DNA of 64,000 bases. It comes from the human T2T-CHM13v2.0 reference genome, Homo sapiens. The translations under genes and the position numbers were made by a program. The stretch lies in NCBI RefSeq assembly GCF_009914755.1, contig NC_060930.1; one strand, written 5' to 3'. Positions 14,433-31,237 of the stretch are shown in pieces. How positions within the stretch are numbered: the stretch's first letter is position 1; each line of letters opens with the position of its first letter. The notes beneath the pieces were generated by a model. That model worked only from the letters and a program-made list of their open reading frames with translations. It did no database searches and was not told the DNA's origin.

Positions 14433-15597
14433 TTACTACCCACACTTACAGGGAAAAAATAAAGGCATAAAAAAACGGCTTTATTTGAATTAATAAAAAA
14501 AGGTTTAAATAAGATTTTATTCCATTTAAATTATTATGAAGAATCAGTGACCCTTACATGAAGGCAATGGGACAAAGGTCAAAAGGAAGGGGTAAAGAAA
14601 AGGGTTTACTCCTGTCACCCCACCTTTCCTCCTTCTTGGTCATCATCAATCCAATCAGTACTAAACACCCCTTTTATACCCACGTTAGTGAATTTCTTAA
14701 AGCCGAGGTCTACGTCTTAATCATCTTTTCATCCCCAGTGCCCAGGGTCATTAAAAGGCAAAATGAGAATCCAAGATCTCTATTCAATAAAAATAAAAAG
14801 TACAAATGAGACAATACTTGCCTTTATGGGACTATGTGATAGGAAAGACAATCATAACACGTAACTTGAAATACATTATGGTATAAGCTTTAACATACGA
14901 TATAATAGGGACACAAAAGGAGGAAATGTTCAGTTCAACTTGGGGATTTGGGTAAAGGTTTATGGGGAACAGTTGCATTTTGAAGGATGCCTATGAATTT
15001 TCTAGGTCAATACACAAATGAAGGGCATTTCAAGCAGGACAAAAATACAGAGAAATAAAATAGGATGGTAAGTAAAATGTTTATATAAGTCAACTGGAAA
15101 TCTTGTTAAAATGCAAATTGATTCAGTAAGTCTAGGATAGTGCCTGAGATTCTGTATTTATACAAGCTTCCAGGTAATGCCAATGCTGCTTGTCAACAGA
15201 CTGTAGTTTAAGTAAGCAAGGAGTTAGAGCATCTATTAGCAACTCTGTATACCTGGAGTACATGGTGGGAAAAAGGTAACATCAGAATTTGAAGCTTAAC
15301 CAAAAGACGGTAAACTGCTTGACTATTAGAAGTATCTCAGCTTAACAGGAACTATTCTGCCTTAATAAGCAATAACACAGTTCTCAGGAATTTTAAAAAT
15401 TAGATTCACGTCATGAAACTATCACAACTAATGAAAGAATGAGAAATACAAAGGAAGTCTGAAGTAAGAAGATAAAGGTAAAGTATTAAACAGAATACAC
15501 AGATTCTCCAAAAAAAGGAAAATAATGAGTATATCTAATTTTTATGTCATAGTAAGTCTGAAGTTATAAATAAATCAAATTGATACATTTTACTTAC

Positions 15598-15730
15598 AAA
15601 ATCATCTTCACCTTCAGCTACACCATAATTAGGCAACATAGCTCCCTCCATTGTGGTACTTTTGAATACTCCTTTAATTTTGCTACCTATTCTGCTGATT
15701 CCAAATGATTCTCCCCTTTTCTGTGTGTTC
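15598..15730 (-). CDS. SNX14: SNX14 exon 17 (133 nt) [17 protein letters not shown]...AEGEDDF
   Basis: Inside ORF 15547..15762; tcag| acceptor, |GTAAGT donor. Confidence 0.96.
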
Positions 15731-16472
15731 CTGAATATTAAACAAAAATGTATCAAGTACATAGCAAATTATCACAACAGTCTAGTTTATTGAAAACCAT
15801 TATTAAAAAAAAGAAAAACAGTTTTGAAAATGATAAACTAAAGGTATAGCTAACATAACTTTTGGAGTTTTCATACACGGATTAAGTATCAACATCTCAG
15901 AAGTCAAAAATGACACAGTATTTAAAGTTTAAATTTGGTGGATGAATAAATGGGACAATATTTATTTATAAACACTCAAAATTTACCTAGTATTAACTTC
16001 AAAATATTAACAGGATTAGAATTTTTAAAAGATGAGAGCCCCCTAGTGGAATATAGTTCTTATTGCAATATTTCAAAATAGATTAAAAAATGCTTAAGAT
16101 CTGTTCAAAACCAAAAACATCCCTTTAGAGTAACTGGACTAAAATTATGCGACAGAAAAAAAAAACATTAAACTATTACTTTCTCAGTACTTCATTTTCA
16201 GATGGAACTTTAAGAAAAAGAATAGTGCCAAAGGGAAAGGTTAGCAATGAGCACAGGGATAAAAGCAAATGTAGCCCAAGGAAGCAGTCTGCTCTGCCAT
16301 AAATATTAAATGTTGGTTTTGCCATTTTTTTAAGCTGAATTTCTGAAAGCAGAAATAGCTGAAAAGCAACAAGACAAATAAGCCAAAAGTAGCAAAAATG
16401 TCCGTTAGCCTGCTACCCAATGTTTCAGCAATTAAAACCGTAACTTTTATCCAATTTAAAAGTCATGCTCAA

Positions 16473-16740
16473 GGCCAGGCACAGTGGCTCACACTTGTAA
16501 TCCCAGCACTTTGGAAGGCCAAGGCAGGCAGATGACCTGAGGTCAAGAGTTCGAGACCAGCCTGGCCAACATGGCGAAACTGCGTCTGTACTAAAAATAC
16601 AAAAATTAGCCGGGCGAGGTGGCAGGCACCTGTAATCCCAGCTACTAGGAAGGCTGACACAGAAGAATCACTTGGACCCGCAAGATTGCACCACTGCACT
16701 CCAGCCTGGGCAACAGAGTGAGGCTCCATCAAGAAAATAT
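16473..16740 (+). mobile_element. AluS with right-arm internal deletion
   Basis: Alu similarity. Confidence 0.87.
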
Positions 16741-17643
16741 ATATAAAATAAAATAAAGTCACGTTCACTATGTAATACTGCTCTTACAACCGATATCCAA
16801 ATAAAAATAACTACTTTAAAACCTGAGAAAGTTTGTTTTGAATGCTTAAGTGTATAGCTATTACTCCTATGAGAAAAATTAAGTTATCTACTGAAATAAT
16901 ACAATTACAGAAAGAAAATTAATCAAGTTTCAAATACACCAATATGTAGTAATGTGTATTTTACACACATCCAAGAAGTAAATCAAACTTCTGGAAAAAC
17001 ACTAATAATAAGTAGTAAGCAGTAAAAGGGGTACTTAAACTAGATTATTTTATCTAAACAAACATACAATTAGGGTTTTTTTTAATCCAGAATTGTAGAC
17101 ACAATTGTCCTTGATTTAAAAAACATTTCCCAAGACATAAAAATGTTAACAAAATATTTTTAAAATCTCTAGACTCTAGATAGTTTATTCCAGTCTCTAC
17201 AACATGGATACTATAAAACAATGGGGGTTGTTGAAATCTAAAAACTCTCACTTATGATTATTATGCCCAGAAATACAGAAACATCATACTTATTTTAAAA
17301 AAAGTTCTTTAAACATAGTTCTAAAATTAATTTAGCAAAATCAACAAGAACAAAAATGAGTCAACAGCCTTAAAATACAAGATACTGACAAATTAAACAA
17401 TGAAAATATCTTTAAAGTATCAGGACATTTTTATTTTATGATGGCATATCATGCTATTTCAAAAAGGAGGTATGTAGAATAAAAGTAGGTATTCATTTTA
17501 AAAGATTATCCTAAATAACTAGGATATAATGGCAGTTAATACCACAGTGTTCCATTTTTTTCCTTTTTATTTGTATTAGGTTGTTCACAATGTACTTTCT
17601 AAAAACATTTAATACTGAAAAGAATCACATGCTCAAGACTTAC

Positions 17644-17670
17644 CGAAAATCATCCAAACTTAGGCTACCT
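17644..17670 (-). CDS. SNX14: SNX14 exon 16, 27-nt microexon (R)GSLSLDDF(R)
   Basis: ttgcag|AGGTAGCCTAAGTTTGGATGATTTTCG|GTAAGT; symmetric phase 2-2. Confidence 0.92.
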
Positions 17671-18744
17671 CTGCAATAACAGGTATGTGAAATAATATAA
17701 GGAGAGGAAAGAAAGAAAGCCCAGATATTATATAAACTTCATTTTAGAACACAAAACAAAATTTAAAAGCTTCAGAAGTTACACAGGTGTATAACATTCA
17801 TTTTTGCAAAGGGAAGAAATCTTCATGAATAAGGTGATAAAGGTAAGATAAACGCACATAGCTGTCTTTTGTGTTTGGATGAAGTCTACATTACTAAAAA
17901 CGGTTCTTAAAAATTAAATATGTTTTCTCTTGGGTGACATGGAAAAAAATTAAATATATCAGGAAATAACTGACTTTTTTCTACATAATTAAAAAAGGTT
18001 CTTAGAAATTAAATATCCAGAAATAATTCTGTCTTTTCTTTGTCCTTAGGCATACCATTTCTTTCATGCAGTGGAAAGTATGCAGAGACTGAGCCACCAA
18101 AAACCTGGCATGGCACAAAAAACAAACCCATATTTTCCAACATTAAACTTGTGTTCATGTTAGACAGAATCATTTATGCTTCACGTTTTTAGGTTGAGTA
18201 AAAAAATATGTTTTAAGCTAAGAAGCACAGTTAACAAAAGATCTCTAAATATTAAAAAACAAAAGTTGTACTTTAAGTATACAATGAAACAGAGAACATG
18301 ATAAATAATATGCATTAGAATTTTACTTTGAAAATATAAAATGTAGACATAAAATATATGAATACATATTTTATGTAATTTAAGTCATGTAATAGCAAAT
18401 TAACAAAGCTATTCTAAATTTCCAATGAAAGAATGTTAAGAAACTCTTTTAACTTATTATATATAGGTAAATAAATCATTAAGTATCACAGAAGCAGAGT
18501 CCTGACAAGACTGATAGTTAACTATTAAAATCAGATCACCATAAAGAAAAACATACTTTAAAAAGTCATAATCAGTATCCAGAATGAAAAGAACCCATAT
18601 AACCTGTCTTTTTTATATTTTAAAGCCAACAAAATTAGTACCTTAATATGCTGAAAATAATCAAGTGTTCTAAAAGTAGCCAAGAAGGCTTTTCATCTCT
18701 GAAGTTATGACCTTGACTTAGATTTAACCACGAAGCAAGCTTTT

Positions 18745-19067
<323 letters not shown>

Positions 19068-19802
19068 ATCTACCAAAGCAGGCTTTTAAGGTCACAGAAC
19101 CACTTCCCCTTAAATGGTCCTAGAAAAGGGCATGTCATTAGCTCCACGTCCTGGTATGAAACTCCAAACATCTTATGTCTATAAACAGGGATAAATTCTA
19201 CCTGCTTCTCAAGTATGCCAGTACATTTGAGGAAACTCCTTGGAAAAGAATTCAAATGCAAGAAAAGGCATGTGGCCTGGGCAAAGAACGCTATTTTAAA
19301 TAGCATGAATATGATTTTTGTTAAATAACGTCTAAGTTTCACGGCTGTAACATAAATTTTTAGGAAAAAGTTACAAAGTGGTATTTTTGCAAATAATCCT
19401 AAAGGCATTTCTACCTTTCAGAAAAGTTATTACATGTATACTACTTCTACTGAGGCATTAAATCAGAATTAATATTCAACATTCAAAAAAACATCTATTC
19501 CCATAACACTTGGTTACGTCAAGAAATACAATATATTCTCCTCGTGGCTAAGGTTTTCACATTTTCCCTTGTACTAACTATCTAAAACATTGCCCCATTT
19601 CTTGACTTATCTACTTTTCTCTTTGTAGTACATATCCAATTTATTTATGTTTATTAGATACTTGCTCAAATTGGAAGGTGTCTAGATGTTTGTGTCAATT
19701 TTGTACACATATTAGGTAAATGAAATGATCAGAAATGAAAATGAAAGGTAAATGAAATGATTCATTTACCTTATATATAATAAGTTAAAAGAGTTTCTTA
19801 AC

Positions 19803-20098
19803 TTTTTTTTTTTTTTTTTGAAACAGTCTGGCTCTGTCACCCAGGCTGGAGTGCAGTAGCACGATCTTGGCTCATTGCAACCTCCACCTCCTGGGCTCGA
19901 ACAATTCTTCTGCTTCGCCTCCCAAGTAGCTGGAATTACAGGCATGTGCCACCACGCCCAGCTAATTTTTGTATTTTTATTAGAGATGGGGTTTCACCAC
20001 GTTGGCCAGACTGGTCTCAAACTCCTGACCTCAAGTGATCCCCACGTCTCGGCCTCACAAAGTGCTGGGATTACAGGCGTGAGCCACCGTGCCCGGCC
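19803..20098 (-). mobile_element. AluS
   Basis: Poly(T) plus Alu body. Confidence 0.9.
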
Positions 20099-20790
20099 AT
20101 TAACATTCTTTCATTGGAAATTCAGAATAGCTTTGTTGATTTGCTATTAAGTGACTTAAAACATATATTTATTCATATATTTTATGTCTACATTTTATTA
20201 TTGGAAGGTGTTGAGAGCAAATCTATAAATCTACAGAATAGATTTATAGATTTGATGTCTGTATCAATTTTGTACATGTAACCTTGCAAACACAAATTAG
20301 AACACTAATTATCCAGTTTATAAATGGATAAAGATTTTCTCTTCTATTACCTTTCTTTAGGTCATTTAACTGTACACTTAGATTTCCAGAGCCAAAAAAA
20401 AGAAAGAAATAAACATCCCTCCACTTTTGTACCCAGTAAGCACTCTTAAAAAAAAGTTTTCTCTAAAACGTTTAATTCTGAGTTATCTGTGGATGCCACT
20501 TATGCATTCAGTCCCTAGTCTCCAATAAAGCTGGTAATCAAAACTAATATATATTCATTATGAGATTAACAAGGCCACATTATGTATCTTGTTAAAATTT
20601 TTCTAAAAGAATTTCAGGCATTTTCAGATCACCATATAGAATACAGTTCTACAATTCACTAGTAAAATGCCTTGTGAACTCATATAACAATGGAACCACA
20701 TATTCATTCAGAAAAATAGCTAATAAAGACAATGATGCTATCATAGAATGACTGGCATCAGCAAGTTCAAAAACAAAACATACAACCTAC

Positions 20791-20849
20791 CTGTTCAATT
20801 TTGAATTGCGTGTTGGTGATTCTGCACCTCTTAAAAGTTGTCTGAAATA
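20791..20849 (-). CDS. SNX14: SNX14 exon 15 (59 nt) YFRQLLRGAESPTRNSKLN
   Basis: aaag| acceptor, |GTAGGT donor. Confidence 0.94.
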
Positions 20850-21041
20850 CTTTAAAATAACAAATAATAATTATCATTTATTACACTTACAATTAACATT
20901 AAAACATGTTACCTTAGTTTACTACTTTCCAGTTTTGGGAAAAAAAAAAAGCTATCTCAATCAAGTGAATACAGACATGGTCAACTAGGGTAAGGATGAA
21001 AATATTGCAAATGCAGATGATTTCCACAGGTTTGTAAATAA

Positions 21042-21871
<830 letters not shown>

Positions 21872-21987
21872 TAATCTTGTCTTATTTTTCTATTTATTTT
21901 GTTATTTGAATCACTCATCTAATGATATCAAAGCTACTATTAAATTATGTATAAAAATCCTCAAACAAGGTTAATATTTTGACTTAC

Positions 21988-22112
21988 CTCATCACTATGG
22001 CAGAACATAGGAGTAAATACATTCTCCAAAAGGGAAAGAACATGTTCATATGCTTCAAAAAGACATCTCATAGTTTGAAGTTTCACAACATCTATGTATG
22101 GGCCTTCAGCAA
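21988..22112 (-). CDS. SNX14: SNX14 exon 14 (125 nt) [16 protein letters not shown]...PMFCHSDE
   Basis: Inside ORF 21961..22155; atag| acceptor, |GTAAGT donor. Confidence 0.96.
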
Positions 22113-22410
22113 CTATTAAAAAAATTCTACTGTAGAAATTATTTATAAATAGCATAAATATATACAGTTCTAAAACGTTTTACTGAAACTCCACTGAAAC
22201 ACACTAGATTGAGAAATTAGACCAACCAAGCTCTAGTTCTGACAAATACATAAAGTATAAATAAGTTTTTTCTTTAAAGCTTTCATCTCATTAGTAAAAT
22301 AGAATAATAGCTGCCCATGTACTGCAGCTAGCCACTGCAATAATAAACAGAAAATAAATGGAAAAACTGTAAGAGTGCTAAATAAGTCATTCTTATCGTC
22401 TTTGACTTAC

Positions 22411-22566
22411 TTCTTTGAATCTCTTCTACAATGAAGGGATCAAATCTAATTTTGTCAATACTTTCATCCAAACAGTATGTTTTATAAATCTTCTGCAATT
22501 CTTCATGAAGAGACAGCATTTCATCATTTGATAATTCTGGTCGTAAAATTCTATCATTAAATTCCT
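22411..22566 (-). CDS. SNX14: SNX14 exon 13 (156 nt), RGS domain [11 protein letters not shown]...IVEEIQR
   Basis: Inside ORF 22328..22573; ttag| acceptor, |GTAAGT donor. Confidence 0.96.
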
Positions 22567-23322
22567 CTAACAAATGAGGGAATGAATAAGAAAAAATAAT
22601 TTTAATATATAATTATTCATAAAAGCTTCAGTCCCATTCTAATTGTAGCCAATACTAACAGCAGCAATTAGAAGCAATCTAATTCATCTAAGTTTTTAAA
22701 AAATATTTGAGAATAAAATAACTACTCAATAAAAGAGAAATGCAATCAACCAGTTTTTATACATTAATAGAAAATATGTAAATACATAAATACCAATACA
22801 AATTTTGCTAAAATTCAAAACACTAAACACACTTCTAATAGTTTCCTTAAAGAATATTGAATTTATTATACCAAAAGTCTTTTATTATTTTGAGATCTGA
22901 TTTACTAAATAAAAATAAAAATGAAGACTTTTTTTAGTCCCAATCAATGTTTTTAAACAATATTTCTATCATGAACGCTGCAAACTAGTGGCAGAACTGA
23001 GTTTGAACAAATGAATGTTTATTCCAAAATAAAAGATGGTAGTATTATGATAGCCAAAATACCAATTGCTTTTTCTTTTTATTTCAGGATGTGTTAATAA
23101 GGAGTTTACCTTTTACTTCTTAATCATTCAAACTGAAACATAAAGGGGAAAAAAGGGAGTTAAAAAAAAAAAGCTGGAATACAGGATATAAGATTTGTGA
23201 GGCAACAGAATATAATTGCCATTCCTGTATGAGTTAACATGCATATAACTGGAGTTGTTAAAGAAGAGAAAATGGGGCAGGATATTTGAAAAGACAGCCA
23301 GGAATTTTCAAAATTGATTAAA

Positions 23323-25140
<1,818 letters not shown>

Positions 25141-25486
25141 AAGTTATATTTTAAAAAGAAATTAAATGCATTAAAAACAATATTTTCAGTCTATAAAGTT
25201 TCTTATAAATCCAATAATCTATAATGCTACAGAGCTTATAATTAAAATGAGGTATTCTTATATTTGATAATTTAGTCAAAACAATCCTTTACAAAAACTG
25301 TGAAAAAGTGATATTGACATGGGCTACAGTTTGGGTTTTTAATATATTTTCATTATACTGTACTTTTAGTATTTTTTTTTTCTGCTACTAGGATTTGAAT
25401 GAAGTTAGTGACAGATTATTTCCCAATCTGGAAAGAAGTGGGCACTTGAGAGAAACCCACATATGCTCTTAGAAAATCAAGTATAT

Positions 25487-25913
<427 letters not shown>

Positions 25914-25917
25914 TCAC

Positions 25918-26032
25918 CCACAGTCAAACAAAACTGCAACACGTGCACTGCGCCTTCTTGTTTCAGAAAGTTCATAAAACGAAATAAAAGATCTTGTTGC
26001 TCTCTGATTTGCTTCAATTCTAACTTCAGCAC
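25918..26032 (-). CDS. SNX14: SNX14 exon 12 (115 nt) [38 protein letters not shown], start of RGS
   Basis: tcaag| acceptor, |GTGAGG donor. Confidence 0.95.
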
Positions 26033-26122
26033 CTTGATATAAGAGAAAGATTAAGTTTAAGCTATATAAATGAGTTCTAAAATTGTTTATATCAAAAAGG
26101 TGTTATTGCTGAAAATTCTTAC

Positions 26123-26203
26123 AGATGGCTTTTTATTTCTAGGTTCTGCAAATTTCTGCAAGAATGGAACCAAAGGAGAAGCCGGTTCAGTTGCTTTTTC
26201 AGG
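26123..26203 (-). CDS. SNX14: SNX14 exon 11 (81 nt) [27 protein letters not shown]
   Basis: caaag| acceptor, |GTAAGA donor. Confidence 0.94.
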
Positions 26204-26311
26204 CTTTGAAAGAAAGAGAATTATTAACTCAGTAAAATTCCCACTTGATTTGACATACAAAATCAAAATTCAATGCAATCTGAAGTGTTTTCTAATATAT
26301 TCAATACTCAC

Positions 26312-26356
26312 TGGACGGTCATCTATGAAGATGATAAGCAAATGATTCACAGTATC
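26312..26356 (-). CDS. SNX14: SNX14 exon 10 (45 nt) DTVNHLLIIFIDDRP, end of PXA
   Basis: ctag| acceptor, |GTGAGT donor. Confidence 0.94.
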
Positions 26357-26634
26357 CTAGTGGAAAATAATAAACATAAGTCAAAATAATTCCACTACTG
26401 TATTCTCCCCAGAATTCTCATAACTTGTATCATATTATGTAAGTTTCTAGAAAAATGAAAAAATAAATGGAGCAGTAGCAAAAAATCTGCACATATGTAT
26501 TACAGCAGGAGTTTTTTTACATCTACAAAACAGGTTCTTAACCTTTGTGAAAATGGGCAAATAAAAGCTATTCTGATTTTGGCATTTAAAATATTTCTAA
26601 ATCATTCTTGTTTCTTCAAAATCTCACTGGATCA

Positions 26635-27093
26635 AAGGTAGAAGCATCCAAAGTGTCCATCAATGGATGAACAGATAAGCAAAACATGTTATACACATAC
26701 AATGAAATATTACTCAGCCTTGAAAAGGAAGGAAATTCTGACACATGCTACAACATGGATGAACCTTGAAGACACTATGCTAAGTGAAATAAGCCAGTCA
26801 CAAAAAGACTAATACTTATGATTCCACTTATATGTGGTACCCAGAGTAGTCAAATTCATGGAGACAGAAAGCAGAATGGTGGTTGCCAGGGGGGGCTGGA
26901 GGGAGGAAGGAATGAGGAGTTATTGTTAACAGATGCAGAGTTTCAATTTCATAAGATGAAGAGTTCTGGAGATGGGGAATGGGGATGGTTGCACAACAAT
27001 ATGAATGTTTTCAGTATCACTGACTATATACATAAAAATGTTTAAGATACTAAATGTTATATTAAGTGTAATTTGTAACAATTTAAAAAAAAA
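26635..27093 (+). mobile_element. 5'-truncated L1MB-type 3' end with A tail
   Basis: aaggaaattctgacacatgctacaacatggatgaaccttg...; candidate TSD overlaps the exon 9 donor. Confidence 0.85.
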
Positions 27094-27106
27094 TCTTAAG
27101 TCTTAC

Positions 27107-27182
27107 TGGATCAGCTAGGAAATCCAAAGAAGGAAGGAACACAGAGCCAGACAGAATCTCTCTTATAAGTAAGGTCAGAGAT
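27107..27182 (-). CDS. SNX14: SNX14 exon 9 (76 nt) [25 protein letters not shown]
   Basis: ccag| acceptor, |GTAAGA donor. Confidence 0.95.
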
Positions 27183-27492
27183 CTGGAAAAAGAAATAATA
27201 ATAATTGTTTATATTTAGTGATTTATATTAGTTCTTAACTTTCAAGTGCATGTGAATTACGTAAGGATCTTGTTAAAATGGAGACTATAATTCAGTAGGT
27301 CTTGGTTAGGCCCTAAAAGTCTGCATTTCTAACAAACTCTCAACCAATGTTCATGCTACTGGTTTGCAGAACACACGTTGAATAGCAAAGAGTTAGAGTT
27401 CTTACTTGGCTAAAATAGAATATTACTTAAGAGAAGAAAAAGTATTCCCTTAACAGGAGGAACTTGGGGGACATTAGGAAAAACTCTCTATC

Positions 27493-27817
<325 letters not shown>

Positions 27818-28528
27818 CTAAGAATACTTAAATGTTTATTATATATTTAAATTAATGTTTAATGTAATTACCTTATAATCATATTTACTATTATAAACTA
27901 GTCTAGTATAAAAATCATGTAATCAAAATATTAAAATATTTTTAAGAACCACATAAAAATTTTAAACAAAAAGTAGTATTTAAAGTACATCACTTTAAAT
28001 ATCACTAAAAATAAGCCATGGTTACTCCTCTAAGGGTTATTAGGGTAAGAGTAACAAGGTAACTTATGGAATAATCTAAACATGCTCCAGCCAGAAAAAG
28101 GGAGAACAGACTAGATGACCTCCAATTCTTTTTCCCAGCTGGATACCTTGAAACATAAACTCATCTATATAGTTTGTTCAAATGTTTCTGCCTATTATAG
28201 TTATAATGTGCATGTCTTTAAAGGGGAACACCAATGAAATAAAATATAATGGCATAAAAAATTAATTTTATTCATATTTATATTTTATGTCCAAGATCAG
28301 TTTTAAAGAAAAATTCTAAGCTACACAACACACCACAAATAGCACTTAAATTGGCATTTTAAGACCATAATTAATAAATTATATATTAATAACTTAATAA
28401 ATTTTTTCAAATGAAAAGCTATTCATAGGCTAACCTCAAATTTTAGCATATGCCTATCATAACCAAAAATAGCAATATACATATGGCATGTTATGCAAAT
28501 ACTATTATATTGTCTAGTCTTTTTATAC

Positions 28529-28685
28529 CTGCAGTCTGTTGCTTTAGGAGGCAAAATATAAGGAAAAAGCAGTTCAGTAAGTTTCCTTAAATAGTGCAAT
28601 TCATCTCTTCGACTTCTCAAAGCAACATGAAGCTCTGGACCATATTCTTCTAAAGCAGCTTGCTGTAAAAACTCTGTATTTTTTA
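28529..28685 (-). CDS. SNX14: SNX14 exon 8 (157 nt) [22 protein letters not shown]...PPKATDC
   Basis: Inside ORF 28423..28728; atag| acceptor, |GTATAA donor. Confidence 0.96.
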
Positions 28686-28730
28686 CTATAGAGATTAAAG
28701 ATAAATATTGAAACAAGTTAAGTGACATTA

Positions 28731-29036
<306 letters not shown>

Positions 29037-29294
29037 TCATTCCTTTCCTAGCCTCTTTTCAATGTGCATTCTTTATTAGAAGCCTGCTTAGTTTGCAATA
29101 AATTGATAAATGGACCCTTTGCAAACAAGAATTTAAACTTACGCCTCTACAAGTTATATAAAATAATAGCAAATGATTAAGTGGAAAAAATTAGAGAAAA
29201 CAACTTTTACAACTTCTAGCACACATAAGGCTTTTGTTGCCAAATCCTGTATCTTCTTTCTCCTCTCCAAAAGCAAAAACTATCTTACTCAAAA

Positions 29295-29923
<629 letters not shown>

Positions 29924-29945
29924 TAACCTTTTAAAGCACGTACAC

Positions 29946-30533
29946 TATCAAAATATGCCCTCAGCCCTCAGACAAAATGGACTCCCCCTAGCTGAGAAAC
30001 TGAAATTTAAAATAGATCCAGGCCACCATAGCTCGTGAGGAAGCAGTTATATACTCTGTGTTCTCAGAAAGATGCTATGAAACTTTTTCATACGACCTCC
30101 CTTTCTACAATCAAGCAAAACCAGTTCCTGCTGTTGGGAGCCAAGATGAACTGTGGCTGGAAACTCCCTCCCACTAGAAGCCATTTAAAGAAACATCTGT
30201 CAGATTCCTGGTTTGGGGCCTGGAAACCAACCAATCAGGGCTCACCTAAACCAACCAATATAAGCTCACCTGTCCCAGCCAATCAGCATTCAGCTGTATC
30301 AACCAATCAGAACTCAGCTGCACTGACCAATCAGATTTTAATCCTTCATCTGCATAAACAGGCCTGATTGAGAACCTGGGAAGGAACTTTTGCTATGAAA
30401 CCAGAACTCTCTCTTTGTTCTCTGGAATGCAGCCTTGTTTCACACTGAAGGCTATGTTTTCCTGGTTTGCAAACTGTTCCCTGAAACAAAGTCTCTTTAC
30501 TCTCAAATTCCTTTTCAGAGAACTTGTGTTCAC
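29946..30533 (+). mobile_element. ERV1 solo LTR, MER31-like, with a CCAAT cluster
   Basis: Ends ...ttttcagagaacttgtgttcaCA; five CCAAT boxes; family name from memory, left boundary approximate. Confidence 0.7.
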
Positions 30534-30761
30534 AATAGAATATGGCTTCACTGGTTAAGCTCTGGATCTTCTGCCCCATGCAGAGGACATAGGAAATATA
30601 AAACTATTTAAAGTAGAAACCCATGAAAGGATAGATTTCTTAATAAATACTGATGACAAAAGTTATGTTAGCAAAGTTTTCTTTTAGACCTGGCAATAAC
30701 TAGTATTTTCAAATGTAAAATTAATAGTATTGTCTCCTTTTTATAGACCTCAAAAGACTAA

Positions 30762-31111
<350 letters not shown>

Positions 31112-31237
31112 GGGAATCTTAACCCTAATTCAATAGCATTTATTTTAGAACTATTTCCTTCTGTTTTTATTGAAATAGAATGCAAGCATATTCATACACA
31201 AAAAAAGGCATTATATGCATTGCAACAGTGTGAGTAC

